A stretch of 64,000 nt of DNA from Capsulimonadaceae bacterium (GTDB lineage: Bacteria > Armatimonadota > Armatimonadia > Armatimonadales > Capsulimonadaceae): the NCBI GenBank assembly GCA_965215505.1, contig OZ244065.1, positions 4,224,001 through 4,288,000 on the forward strand. The letters run 5' to 3'. The notes under the pieces were generated by a model that saw only the letters and a list, made by a program, of their open reading frames with translations, ran no database searches and was not told where the DNA came from. Every line of letters starts with the position of its first letter. Position 1 is the first letter of the stretch. The translations under genes and the position numbers were made by a program. Below, piece after piece: positions 1 through 8,661 of the stretch.

Positions 1-2
1 AC

Positions 3-842
3 CCGCAGCGGGACGTACCTGCGATGGTGGCCTGGTCGGCGGGGTGGACGCTGCTGCTGTACGGCCTGCCCATCCTGGCCGTCCTGCTCGTCCTGCCGGC
101 CGGCGAGGTGACGGGCTTGGGCGGGTTCCTGGACGCGGTGAAGGCGGTCTTCACCGTCTACGGCGGGACGGTCGGGGCGGGGGGAGCGGTGACGCTGACG
201 GGGTGGGGGAAGGCGGCGGGCGAGGTCGCCATGCTTGCCTTCCTGCTGGCGACGCTGTCGAGCGGGAGCGCGTGGCTGATGGGAGCGGACCGCATCCTGG
301 CCGTGGCCGCCTATGACGGGGCGGGGCCGCGCGCCCTGGGCCGGTTCTCGGCCCGCTTCGGGACGCCCCTGACGGTCAACCTGATCTCGGGGGCCGTGTC
401 CACGCTGACGATGCTGCTGGCGTTCCGGTTCTCGCACGGCAGCGCGGAGCAGTATTTCTCCGCCGCCATCGCTCTTGCGATCTCGACCGAGACGCTGGCC
501 TACCTCGCCATCTTCCCCGCCTTCCTCCGGCTGCGCTACGTTCAGGGCGGCGCGCGCCGTCCCTACCGCGTGCCGGGCGGCCTGGCGGGTGCCTGGGTCT
601 GCGGCGGGCTGACCACGGCGTGGGCGGGGCTGGCGACGGTCGGCCTGATCTGGCCCGGCTTCGGCATCGGCTGGTTCGGCACGGCAGGCCGGGGGGACGA
701 CGCCCTGCCGGGCGGCTTCGCGCACCAGCGTCTGGCCTACGAGCTGATCCAGAACGTGCCGCTGGGCCTGTTCGTGCTTCTGGGCCTGCTGTTCTACCGG
801 CTGGGCAGGCCGACTCGCGAGGAGGCCGCACCGCCGGCCTAG
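3..842 (+). CDS. APC-family amino acid permease, 5'-truncated at the window edge
   Basis: Multiple TM segments; motifs SGSAWLMGADRIL..A.DG..P..LGRFS.RFGTP and LR..RPYRVPGG typical of APC permeases; frame open to the window start. Confidence 0.85.
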   Translation, partial: PQRDVPAMVAWSAGWTLLLYGLPILAVLLVLPAGEVTGLGGFLDAVKAVFTVYGGTVGAGGAVTLTGWGKAAGEVAMLAFLLATLSSGSAWLMGADRILAVAAYDGAGPRALGRFSARFGTPLTVNLISGAVSTLTMLLAFRFSHGSAEQYFSAAIALAISTETLAYLAIFPAFLRLRYVQGGARRPYRVPGGLAGAWVCGGLTTAWAGLATVGLIWPGFGIGWFGTAGRGDDALPGGFAHQRLAYELIQNVPLGLFVLLGLLFYRLGRPTREEAAPPA

Positions 843-923
843 CCTACCCCTTCAGCACCAATGTCTCTAGAGAGTGCGCCGGGCTGCTGACCTTCACCGC
901 CTTGCGGGAGGCACGGATGGCAA

Positions 924-2030
924 TCAAGGTTTCACGATCCTTCGCAGCAGCGACGCCCAATGGACGCCGTAAAGGGTGAGGAACGTCAGCGCATAGTGCG
1001 CGGCGTTGCCGGCCGTCGGGCGGGGCTGGCCCGGCGTCCACTGTGTCGGGCGTGGGACTTCCGGCGGGTCGAACCGGTCAAAGTAGTGATGGCTGATGAG
1101 CCATTGGCGCGACGGGAAGACGATGCGCCACAGGGCATGGGCGCGGGCCTGGGGGCTTCCGAGCAGGTGCCAGAGCAGCGGGAGACGCAGGCGCTCGGTC
1201 CGGGCGGCGGCGACGTCCTCGATGCTGTCGGCGGCGCGCGCCTCGCTGATCCGCTCCAGGCGAGCGCGCCCGGCGCGTGGCGCGAGCGAATCCAGAACTT
1301 CGAGCGGGACGGGCGTTCCCAACAGCCGCGCCGCCGCGAACAGGGCGGCGAAGCAGGCCGTGGATGCCCCCGCCGATCCGGCGATGCGGACGAACAGCGG
1401 CCAGTCCACTGTGCTGACCGAGCAGACCTGTGCGATGTCGCGCAAGGACTGCGAGGCGGCCAGGGAGTGCCCCGCTAGGTGCAGGCAGAGGTGAAGTATC
1501 TGGTCTTCCGTCCCGAGTACCCGCCCGTCCGTTCCCGCCAGACGCGCCGGCCGGGCGCGGTCCCACAGGCCCGCGTCATCAACGTGGAACTTGCCGAAGA
1601 AGAGGTCGTTATTGATCAGCTCGGTGTGCAGCTCGACCACTATAGGGCCACGCTCCGTGTGGTTGAAAAAGTTGGCCTGACAGTCGCGGCCCCGGATGAC
1701 CTCCTCCCATTGCAGGGGATCAACGACATACCCCAGCGAATCCAGCAGCGTCCGGGCGCGGGCGGCGTCTTCTGGGCGCACCAGCACGTCCAGGTCTCCG
1801 AACCGGCGCAGGCTGGGGCGCGGGTAGACCGTCTCGGCCAGCGCCGCCCCCTTGAGGACGAGCAGGTCCAGTTTTGCCTCGGTGCAGAGACTCAGCAGAG
1901 CGGCCAGGTGCGGGCGGAAGAAAGCGAACTGGACGAGGGCCGCGACTTCCTCCAGCGCCTCTCCTTCGGGGAGGCGCTGGGCGAAGGGAAACTCCGTTCC
2001 TGTTTGGCTTGCATCAAGGGTGAGAAACAT
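924..2030 (-). CDS. Nucleotidyltransferase family protein (NTP_transf_5-like)
   Basis: LKGAALAETVYPRPSLRRFGDLDVLV motif, VELH, and L..EDQILHLCLH...LRDI. Confidence 0.85.
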   Translation of the reverse strand: MFLTLDASQTGTEFPFAQRLPEGEALEEVAALVQFAFFRPHLAALLSLCTEAKLDLLVLKGAALAETVYPRPSLRRFGDLDVLVRPEDAARARTLLDSLGYVVDPLQWEEVIRGRDCQANFFNHTERGPIVVELHTELINNDLFFGKFHVDDAGLWDRARPARLAGTDGRVLGTEDQILHLCLHLAGHSLAASQSLRDIAQVCSVSTVDWPLFVRIAGSAGASTACFAALFAAARLLGTPVPLEVLDSLAPRAGRARLERISEARAADSIEDVAAARTERLRLPLLWHLLGSPQARAHALWRIVFPSRQWLISHHYFDRFDPPEVPRPTQWTPGQPRPTAGNAAHYALTFLTLYGVHWASLLRRIVKP

Positions 2031-2151
2031 AAAAACCCGAGAAGGCCCGCCGACCTTCCCCGAAAGATGAGGAAAGTCGGCAGGCCGCCGATTTGCGCTC
2101 CTTAGGTGAGTGCAAAAGCCTGGTTCCCGCGAACCACTTCAGCCCTGTCCT

Positions 2152-2916
2152 CTACCTGCCGGTCCGATCCACGCATTTGCCGCGCGGGCCTGGGAGGAAG
2201 CCGGCGCAGCAGGGGAGCGAGTTGTTGATGTAATTGTAGGTCTGCCCATGCGCGGCACAGGGGAGGGACACACTCGCCGGACCGACATAGAAATCGTTGC
2301 TGTTGATCCCCGTCGCCGGTGAAGAAGTGCTGCTGATGGTGGCCCGCGTGATTAGGTTGTTCACGTTCGTCTGCGCCCCGACAAAAACTGCGGTCCCGGC
2401 GGATGAGGTGTTGTCCGTCGGCCCGAAGGTGAAACTGCCTAGCGAGGTGTTCCCGTTGAAGACGGTCAGCGTGAAGGTTTCCGTGTCCGCATTGAAGTCC
2501 TGGGCGAATAGCCCGAACCCGGTGACACCGTTCTGGAAGCTGATCTGGAGAGGCCCCGTGGCCGTGGGGCTGACGGAGCCGTTGAAGAGTTCTTCCAACA
2601 CGTTCCCCGACCCGAACTGCGGGCCGACCGTCAAGTCAGAGGTGTAGCTCTGAAACCCGCCGCCCGGTGTACCGTTCGTTGCCGAATAGGTCAGGGTGTT
2701 GGTGCCCGCTGTCACTGTGAACGAGGACGGTCCGCTCGCGCCGCTCCCGGAGGTAGTGGGGTAGGGGGCCGTCTGGACAGGGCTGAACAATTGGCTTGGG
2801 CTGGTCACTATCGTGGCCTGCCCCTGTACCGCACGCCAGCCCAGGGTCGCGAAGGTGCAGAGCGCGAGCGCAGTCCATAAGGAGCTGTTGAGGCGGTTTT
2901 TGTGATGGTTGTTCAT
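2152..2916 (-). CDS. Secreted Ser/Thr-rich protein, paralog of the PEP-CTERM protein at 3877-4719, ending in a Cys-rich tail
   Basis: Signal peptide; shares TGPLQI.F.NGV..FGLF.Q, FVGAQ....NLITR and DFY.GP with 3877-4719; ends CAAHGQTYNY...PCCAGFLPGPRGKCVDRTGR. Confidence 0.85.
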   Translation of the reverse strand: MNNHHKNRLNSSLWTALALCTFATLGWRAVQGQATIVTSPSQLFSPVQTAPYPTTSGSGASGPSSFTVTAGTNTLTYSATNGTPGGGFQSYTSDLTVGPQFGSGNVLEELFNGSVSPTATGPLQISFQNGVTGFGLFAQDFNADTETFTLTVFNGNTSLGSFTFGPTDNTSSAGTAVFVGAQTNVNNLITRATISSTSSPATGINSNDFYVGPASVSLPCAAHGQTYNYINNSLPCCAGFLPGPRGKCVDRTGR

Positions 2917-3242
2917 GGTAATCCTTTCGAGCCAGTGCTGTTGCCTCCACTCAAGCTCCTTCGTCTCGTTTCAGTGCCGGGCTTCCACCCCGCCGTTGTC
3001 TCGCTGCCCAATCAGGACTTCATAACTTTCCTGCCATTGTACCCGATTCGTTCGCGATTTTTCTTTCACTACGCGGCGGACCCAGCCAGACGGAGGAAGA
3101 CTGAATCCGGAGGAAGATTGAGTCAGGAGGAAAACTAAATCAGGAGGAATGCGTCATGCAGGCAGGTGACGGAGTAGTAACCAGAGGCGGCCTGCCGCTT
3201 GCTCCCGGAGGCAGGGCAAATGCAACAGGCCGTCAGAACTTG

Positions 3243-3279
3243 AAAAGCCGGGGCGGCATCCCGTAAAACCGCCCCCGGC
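3243..3279 (-). terminator. Intrinsic terminator after the PqqD/RRE gene
   Basis: Minus strand GCCGGGGGCGG..CCGCCCCGGC hairpin followed by TTTT. Confidence 0.6.
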
Positions 3280-3287
3280 AGATATGC

Positions 3288-3323
3288 CTCGGGAGTATGC
3301 TTACATGGCTCGGGAGTATGCTT
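3288..3323. repeat. 15-bp direct repeat CTCGGGAGTATGCTT x2 (period 21)
   Basis: Copies at 3288-3302 and 3309-3323. Confidence 0.8.
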
Positions 3324-3327
3324 GGGG

Positions 3328-3843
3328 TCAGCGTCCAGTCCGGTCAACACATTTGCCGCGTGGTCCGGGGGAATATCCTGAGCAGCAGGGACGTATGGTG
3401 CCTGTTGCCAGGCCGGTGTAGTCAAAGGTCTGCCCGTGTCCAGCACATCTAGTAGACGCCGCCATCGCGGGCGTCGGGGCGACCATGCTCTGGACCACCG
3501 GCAAGAGGAGGGACACACCGCCGACCAAGGCCGCCTTCTGAAGTACCTGTCTTCGCGTGACTCGTCTGGCCTCTTCCGCTCGTACCAGCGGGATTTGCAG
3601 CAGGTGTTCTTTTCCCAAACGGTCCAGCGCAAGCCAGACCATGTCCTCGGTCACCGGTGTTGCCATCTCGCCTTGCAGGGTTTCCACAAGAGCGGCCACC
3701 GTATGCCGGCCATCGCAGTGACGCCAGACCATCGCAGCGGTCCGGTTCAGACGGTGAACATGGTCACGCTGCTCATCATAAATGATGGTTTCATCACCGA
3801 TCTCCTGGACGACAAGGCGGTCCGCTCGTGCTTGTGGTTTCAT
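3328..3843 (-). CDS. PqqD/RRE-domain protein fused to a Tat-like leader and Cys-rich C-terminal peptide
   Basis: N-terminal ~90 aa PqqD-like (QEIGDETIIYD..HRLNRTAAMVWRHCDG); then TRRQVL..hydrophobic..APTPAMAAS; then CAGHGQTFDY...PCCSGYSPGPRGKCVDRTGR. Confidence 0.85.
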   Translation of the reverse strand: MKPQARADRLVVQEIGDETIIYDEQRDHVHRLNRTAAMVWRHCDGRHTVAALVETLQGEMATPVTEDMVWLALDRLGKEHLLQIPLVRAEEARRVTRRQVLQKAALVGGVSLLLPVVQSMVAPTPAMAASTRCAGHGQTFDYTGLATGTIRPCCSGYSPGPRGKCVDRTGR

Positions 3844-3876
3844 TGCTTTCCTATCTCAGCACTTTCCAAATGTCGG

Positions 3877-4719
3877 CTAGCCGGCGGCCTTCTGCGCGGA
3901 CTGTCGGCCGGCGTTCACCTTACGCCGGCGCGCGGAAAGGACGACGCCGGCGAACAGCAGCGTTCCCATGCCGAAGCCCACGACGGTCGAAGCCTCCGGG
4001 ACTGGAGCCGTGAACTGGTAGCTGATGGGGCCGAAGTAGAAGTCGCCTGTCGCGGTGGTGTTGGACATGTCCGTCAGGACGACCCTGGTGATCAGGTTCC
4101 CCGCCAGGGCTTGGGCGCCGACGAACGTCGCGTTGCCCCCTTGAGTCGGCCCGGAACCGGACGTGTTGAGTACGTCCAGAGTAGAGAAACTGCCGAGTGG
4201 GATGGTGCCGTTGGGGCCGCCAAAGACGGAAAAGTTGAAGTGGTATGTGTCTGTACCAGCGGACTGTCCGAAAAGGCCGAATTCATTGACGCCATTGCTG
4301 AAGTCAATCTGGAGAGGCCCAGTCGGAGGCGCGGTCGCTTTAGACGTGTTAAAGTCGAAGGTTTCGATCAGATGTGTCGCGTAAGGAAAAGCATTCGTGT
4401 CGAGCGCCGGCAGGTTCGTGATCGGGTTGGGTTGGTTGACGAAGGTGTCGAAGGCGGTGGCACTCGCCGGCTCAGTCTGCGATGTGAACGTCACCCCCGT
4501 TCCGGGAGAATTCAGCAAGTAGCCAGAAGGGAGCGTCCCGTTGGTGGTGTCAAACTGCGGCGTCATGCTCGCCCCCGGCCCCAGCTGGGATGGCATCGTG
4601 AGCTGGGTCGCCAGTTGTGCCTGGGCCGCCCGTCCGCCTAGGGCTGTGAGGGCGCAGAGCGTGACGGCGGCGGCGAGTTGCTTGCTGTGATCGTATTTGT
4701 GCATGGTAGTTTCTTTCAA
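3877..4719 (-). CDS. PEP-CTERM sorting domain surface protein
   Basis: Signal peptide; C-terminus PVPEASTVVGFG + TM helix + RRRK; alternative start at 4704. Confidence 0.9.
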   Translation of the reverse strand: MKETTMHKYDHSKQLAAAVTLCALTALGGRAAQAQLATQLTMPSQLGPGASMTPQFDTTNGTLPSGYLLNSPGTGVTFTSQTEPASATAFDTFVNQPNPITNLPALDTNAFPYATHLIETFDFNTSKATAPPTGPLQIDFSNGVNEFGLFGQSAGTDTYHFNFSVFGGPNGTIPLGSFSTLDVLNTSGSGPTQGGNATFVGAQALAGNLITRVVLTDMSNTTATGDFYFGPISYQFTAPVPEASTVVGFGMGTLLFAGVVLSARRRKVNAGRQSAQKAAG

Positions 4720-4901
4720 AAGTCTTTATGGTCTACGCCCACGCCTCCAGGGGCGCGAGTGGCTGCGGGTAAACCCATGCACCATCGGCTGCACGGGTGA
4801 GAAAACGGGCAGCGCCCGAAAACTGTTATCGCTTGGGAAGCCTTCTTCACAGGTTTCGTTGCGCGGCGTCGCGGGATGTCCCCGAACGTGGGCAAAATTC
4901 T

Positions 4902-5828
4902 TTAGCGCTCTGGCCCGTCCCCGCCGGCCTCTTCCCCACATAAGCGTTCCCGCAGCCAGGCGACAACCCGGTCGGCCTCGCCCCGCTTGCTCTGGAACGC
5001 CTCGGCACCGAGGGCCGCTCTCTGAAGAATCTGCATCGCCGCCTGCGGCTGCCGGCGGACCTGGACGGTGTTGTCCAGCAGTGTCAGCATCGCCCGGCCC
5101 GGCGATTGGGGCCGGGGCCGCCAGCGCGCGCCCGCCTCGTACCGGGCCGCGAGGATCATCCCGACCGGCAGCGGCCCGGTCGCGGCCCGCCCGCCCAATG
5201 CCTCGACGGGGACCGTCTCGCCCGGCCCGCCTTCCGCGTCCCGGAGTGACAGGGGCCGGGCGTAAGGGTGGACATGGCCGCCCTCGTCGAAGACCGCATA
5301 CTCGTCGGAGAAGTATGTCGCCCCCGCCGCCGCCAGGGCCGCCACCAGGCTACTCTTCCCGCTGAAGGTACGCCCCGGAATGACCACGGCTTTCCCGCCC
5401 CACCCGACGACGCCGGCGTGGACGAAGAGACGGTCCCGCGCCTGCTCCGCCACCTGCCCGTGCAGGCCGGAGGTCAGCGCCTGGATGGCCTCGTCCGCCC
5501 TGCGCGTGTGCGCCACCCGGCAGGTCCCCCGGTACAAAAAATAGTGCGGCTCGGGATGCGCCCGCGACCGGCTCTCCACCACGGCCAGCGAGAACAGGCC
5601 GTCCACGGTCGGTGTGGGGGCAGGCTCCGCGCCGGGCGGCAGGTGATCCGTCAGACGATCGAGCAGCGCGGCGTCCGTGGCGCGGACGCCGATCCGGGCA
5701 CCGTGACTGACGAAGGCCAGCCCGGCCGCCCAGCGGAACCTCTCCAGAGCCTTCCAGCAGGGGGAGGAAGCGTCGGGCGGCTGTTCCAGCGTCGGCAGCC
5801 GCGCCCCATCTCTTTGCTCGACCGTCAC
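4902..5828 (-). CDS. HprK-related P-loop kinase
   Basis: FVHAGVV...IPGRTFSGKSSL (Walker A) and YFSDEYAV, the HPr-kinase-like pattern; GTG start. Confidence 0.8.
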   Translation of the reverse strand: MTVEQRDGARLPTLEQPPDASSPCWKALERFRWAAGLAFVSHGARIGVRATDAALLDRLTDHLPPGAEPAPTPTVDGLFSLAVVESRSRAHPEPHYFLYRGTCRVAHTRRADEAIQALTSGLHGQVAEQARDRLFVHAGVVGWGGKAVVIPGRTFSGKSSLVAALAAAGATYFSDEYAVFDEGGHVHPYARPLSLRDAEGGPGETVPVEALGGRAATGPLPVGMILAARYEAGARWRPRPQSPGRAMLTLLDNTVQVRRQPQAAMQILQRAALGAEAFQSKRGEADRVVAWLRERLCGEEAGGDGPER

Positions 5829-6132
5829 GGACTTCTTTATCCCCGCATCTTACCCATTCCGACGGTGCGTTTTCCGCAAGGCGCGCTACAGTTCCGAACG
5901 CCACTCGCCCCGATGCCGCGAGTGCAGGCACAGAGGGTAAGGCTCCGGAAGGCGCGTCCGGCGATGGGTTTCCTTTACTCTTCACTGCACAAAGAATGCC
6001 AAAGTGAGGGAAACAGGCTAATCGGGAGAGTTTTCTTAGAAATATTTTTTCGTCCCCGATGAACGTCCCCTTTGGGCGAGGCGAAGGTAAATGGTCGCCG
6101 GTCTGGCAGCGGATTAGGTATACTGATTTGAT

Positions 6133-7944
6133 ATGCCTAGACAGCCTTATCCCCACACGCGAACACCCACGGAGGCCCGGCGAACTGGGCAGCGGCGACG
6201 CTCGGCGGGCGGAGGGTCCTCTGCGGGGAGCTGGCTCGCCGATCATGCCCTCCTCGTCTGCCTCTCCGGCCTCCTCGTCCTCGCCTTCCTGGCCGAGATG
6301 CCCTGGCTGTCCCGGCCCCTGCGGTCCCACCTGCTGCAAGCTGCCGTTGTCCTGATCTATACCCTGATCGCCGCCGCAGGCCCCGCCTCGGGCCGGGTGA
6401 CCCGTGACTCCCTGCGCGGCCCCTCCCTCTGGCTGCTCGGGCTGCTGGCCTGGAGCGGCCTGAGCGCCGCCCTCGCGCCGTACCCCGCCTTTGCCGCCTC
6501 CGAGCTGCTGCGGCTCGCCCTGGGCGCGGGCGTCTACTTCGTGGCGGCCCACGTCCTGCGGCCCCACGAGGCGCGGCTCCTCCCCCTCTTCCTGCTCGGC
6601 CTGGGCGCGGCCGTCGGCCTGTACGGCCTGATTGAATTCGGGGCGGAAGGCAACTTCGGCACCGGGGCGATCCACAGCGTCTTCGGCAACCACGAGCAGC
6701 TCGGATCGTTCCTCGTCCTCCTGCTGCCGCTCGGGCTGGCGCTCGCCCTGGACCGCAGCGAGGGGTTAAAGAAGCGCCTGCTGTTCGCGCAGGGCGCGGC
6801 CCTGGTCATCGGCGCGGCCCTGCTGCTGGCGCGCACCCGCTCCGCCTGGCTCGGGGCGACGGCCGGGCTTGTCCTGCTGGCCTTCCTGACATTGCGCTAT
6901 TCGTCCATCCGGCTGACCCGCAGCAACCGCGCCCTCGTCATCGGCCCGGCGCTGATTCTGGTGCTGGCCTTCACGGGCCTGCTCGTCTTCGGCGAACTCG
7001 CCCCGCTCGTCTCGCACCGGGCAGCGACCCTGGCGCACGCGGGCGATGACACTTCCCTCGCCGACCGCCTGCACCGCTGGCGGTCGGCCTGCCGGATGGC
7101 CTCCGAAAAGCCGGTCACCGGCTGGGGCCTGGGCGCGTGGCCGGTCATGCAGGGGCGCTGGACGCACCAGGGCGACGACGTCAGCGAGGTGCTGGGGGCG
7201 GGTACGGGCCATTCCAACCTCGCCCACAACTTCTGGGCGCAGTGGGCCGCCGAGACGGGCGGGGTCGGCCTGGCCCTCCATCTCGGCGTCCTGGCCGCTT
7301 TCCTGCTGGCGGGCCTGCGCGCGCTGCCCCGACTGGACCGGGAGCGGCGGACTTTGCTCCTAGGCTGCCTCGCCGCCGCCGCAGCGGGCGGCGTGGACAT
7401 GGCCGGTGCCCCCTCCTACACCTTCCCCGGCGTCTCCTCCCTGTTCTGGGTCACGCTGGGCCTGGGCGTCGCCCTGCTGCCCGGACCCGGCGGGGCGCGG
7501 GCGACGCGCCGTTTCGACTGGCTGATTCCCCTGAGCGCTGGACTCGCCGCCGCCCTGGCCGTTGTGGGCATCGGCGACAGGCTCCGCGCGGACGGGCGGG
7601 CGGCCCCGCGCGGGACCCTGACCGTGACCGCCCAGCCGCCCGGCCCGGTCGCGCCCGGAACGCGTGTCCTGTGGACCGCCACCTACCATGCCCCCGACGG
7701 CACGGCCCGCCCGACCGCGCCAGGCACCGTCTGGAAGGTCACGGAAGGCGGCCTGACGAAGACCAGCCCGACCTTCCTGTTCCTGAACCGGGAACCCCAG
7801 CGCTCCGGCTGGCAGGGCAACATCGCCCCCGGTGTGAGCCGGGTGACAGTAACGGCGTACTACTGGGACCAGTTCAGCCGCCCCTACCAAGTTTCTTTGC
7901 CTGTGGCCGTCAAAACTGTCAAAAACCCTGTTGCAAATCCGTAA
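6133..7944 (+). CDS. O-antigen ligase/Wzy_C family membrane protein with C-terminal beta-rich extracytoplasmic domain
   Basis: Many TM helices; FGNHEQLG, TRSAWLG, R...W....M....P..GWGLG, AHNFW motifs. Confidence 0.85.
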   Translation: MPRQPYPHTRTPTEARRTGQRRRSAGGGSSAGSWLADHALLVCLSGLLVLAFLAEMPWLSRPLRSHLLQAAVVLIYTLIAAAGPASGRVTRDSLRGPSLWLLGLLAWSGLSAALAPYPAFAASELLRLALGAGVYFVAAHVLRPHEARLLPLFLLGLGAAVGLYGLIEFGAEGNFGTGAIHSVFGNHEQLGSFLVLLLPLGLALALDRSEGLKKRLLFAQGAALVIGAALLLARTRSAWLGATAGLVLLAFLTLRYSSIRLTRSNRALVIGPALILVLAFTGLLVFGELAPLVSHRAATLAHAGDDTSLADRLHRWRSACRMASEKPVTGWGLGAWPVMQGRWTHQGDDVSEVLGAGTGHSNLAHNFWAQWAAETGGVGLALHLGVLAAFLLAGLRALPRLDRERRTLLLGCLAAAAAGGVDMAGAPSYTFPGVSSLFWVTLGLGVALLPGPGGARATRRFDWLIPLSAGLAAALAVVGIGDRLRADGRAAPRGTLTVTAQPPGPVAPGTRVLWTATYHAPDGTARPTAPGTVWKVTEGGLTKTSPTFLFLNREPQRSGWQGNIAPGVSRVTVTAYYWDQFSRPYQVSLPVAVKTVKNPVANP

Positions 7945-7958
7945 GAATCGTGTATAAT
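7931..7958 (+). promoter_or_regulatory. Sigma70-type promoter for 8040-8507
   Basis: TTGCAA-N16-TATAAT. Confidence 0.6.
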
Positions 7959-8039
7959 ACGCATACCTGCTAGTCGTATCGGCATGGACGCATCGGGGAG
8001 ATCGCATCTTCCCCTGTTTCGACGGCCACGAGGCAAATC

Positions 8040-8507
8040 ATGACGCTTTCACAAAGACTCACACGCGCCGGGCTGGTCTTCATCCTGCTGGGTTCCGTCG
8101 CCGCCGCTCTGCCACAGCAGAATGGCGCTGCGTCCGCTGACCCAAACGGCTGCTTCACGGGTACGCCAGGCCGCTTTGCCATCTCTAACAGCGCACCTGC
8201 AACTGATTCAACGACTGTTACCGCCAATTACACAGTGTCCACACAAGGCACCACATTCAATTTCTATTTCTCCCCTGACTCTACCAGCGCCTATAGCTCG
8301 GTGACACCGACCACTAGCTCGATTGTTGTGAACACTGGCTCACTCATCATCAATGGTGCAACAGTGGCAGCAACCGGCTCAGTCAGTAACAGTTCTGCTT
8401 CGGAGAACATAGCGCAGAATGGAGCAAACACCGGAAGTTCGACCTTCACGAGTAGCTACACAAGTGGCAGTAACACTTATAAGGCCTCGATCACGGTCGG
8501 TGCGTAG
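8040..8507 (+). CDS. Small secreted Ser/Thr-rich hypothetical protein
   Basis: Signal peptide; beta-strand-like S/T-rich mature part; lower GC than neighbours; own promoter and terminator. Confidence 0.75.
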   Translation: MTLSQRLTRAGLVFILLGSVAAALPQQNGAASADPNGCFTGTPGRFAISNSAPATDSTTVTANYTVSTQGTTFNFYFSPDSTSAYSSVTPTTSSIVVNTGSLIINGATVAATGSVSNSSASENIAQNGANTGSSTFTSSYTSGSNTYKASITVGA

Positions 8508-8541
8508 GTGTTGTTCCTCTAAACATTTGCCAACTACGATG

Positions 8542-8574
8542 CAGCCTTCGGTCATAAAGGCCGAAGGCTGTTTT
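8542..8574 (+). terminator. Intrinsic terminator
   Basis: CAGCCTTCGG-loop-CCGAAGGCTG-TTTT. Confidence 0.8.
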
Positions 8575-8661
8575 GACATCAGATGCCTCAATGCCATCCC
8601 CCGTTTCCTTTCCCCAATTCTAGAGGACTAGGAAGCCGTTTCTCCTTCTTCCCCGGCCTGA

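Noticed and set aside
2044-2086. Structured RNA or riboswitch upstream of the nucleotidyltransferase
   Set aside because: Only a simple imperfect hairpin (GCCGACCTTCC/GGAAAGTCGGC) with no recognisable aptamer motif; probably a terminator or stabiliser
924-5828. Canonical lasso peptide or PQQ biosynthesis cluster
   Set aside because: No asparagine-synthetase-like cyclase, transglutaminase-like B2, radical SAM PqqE or lasso-type precursor in the window
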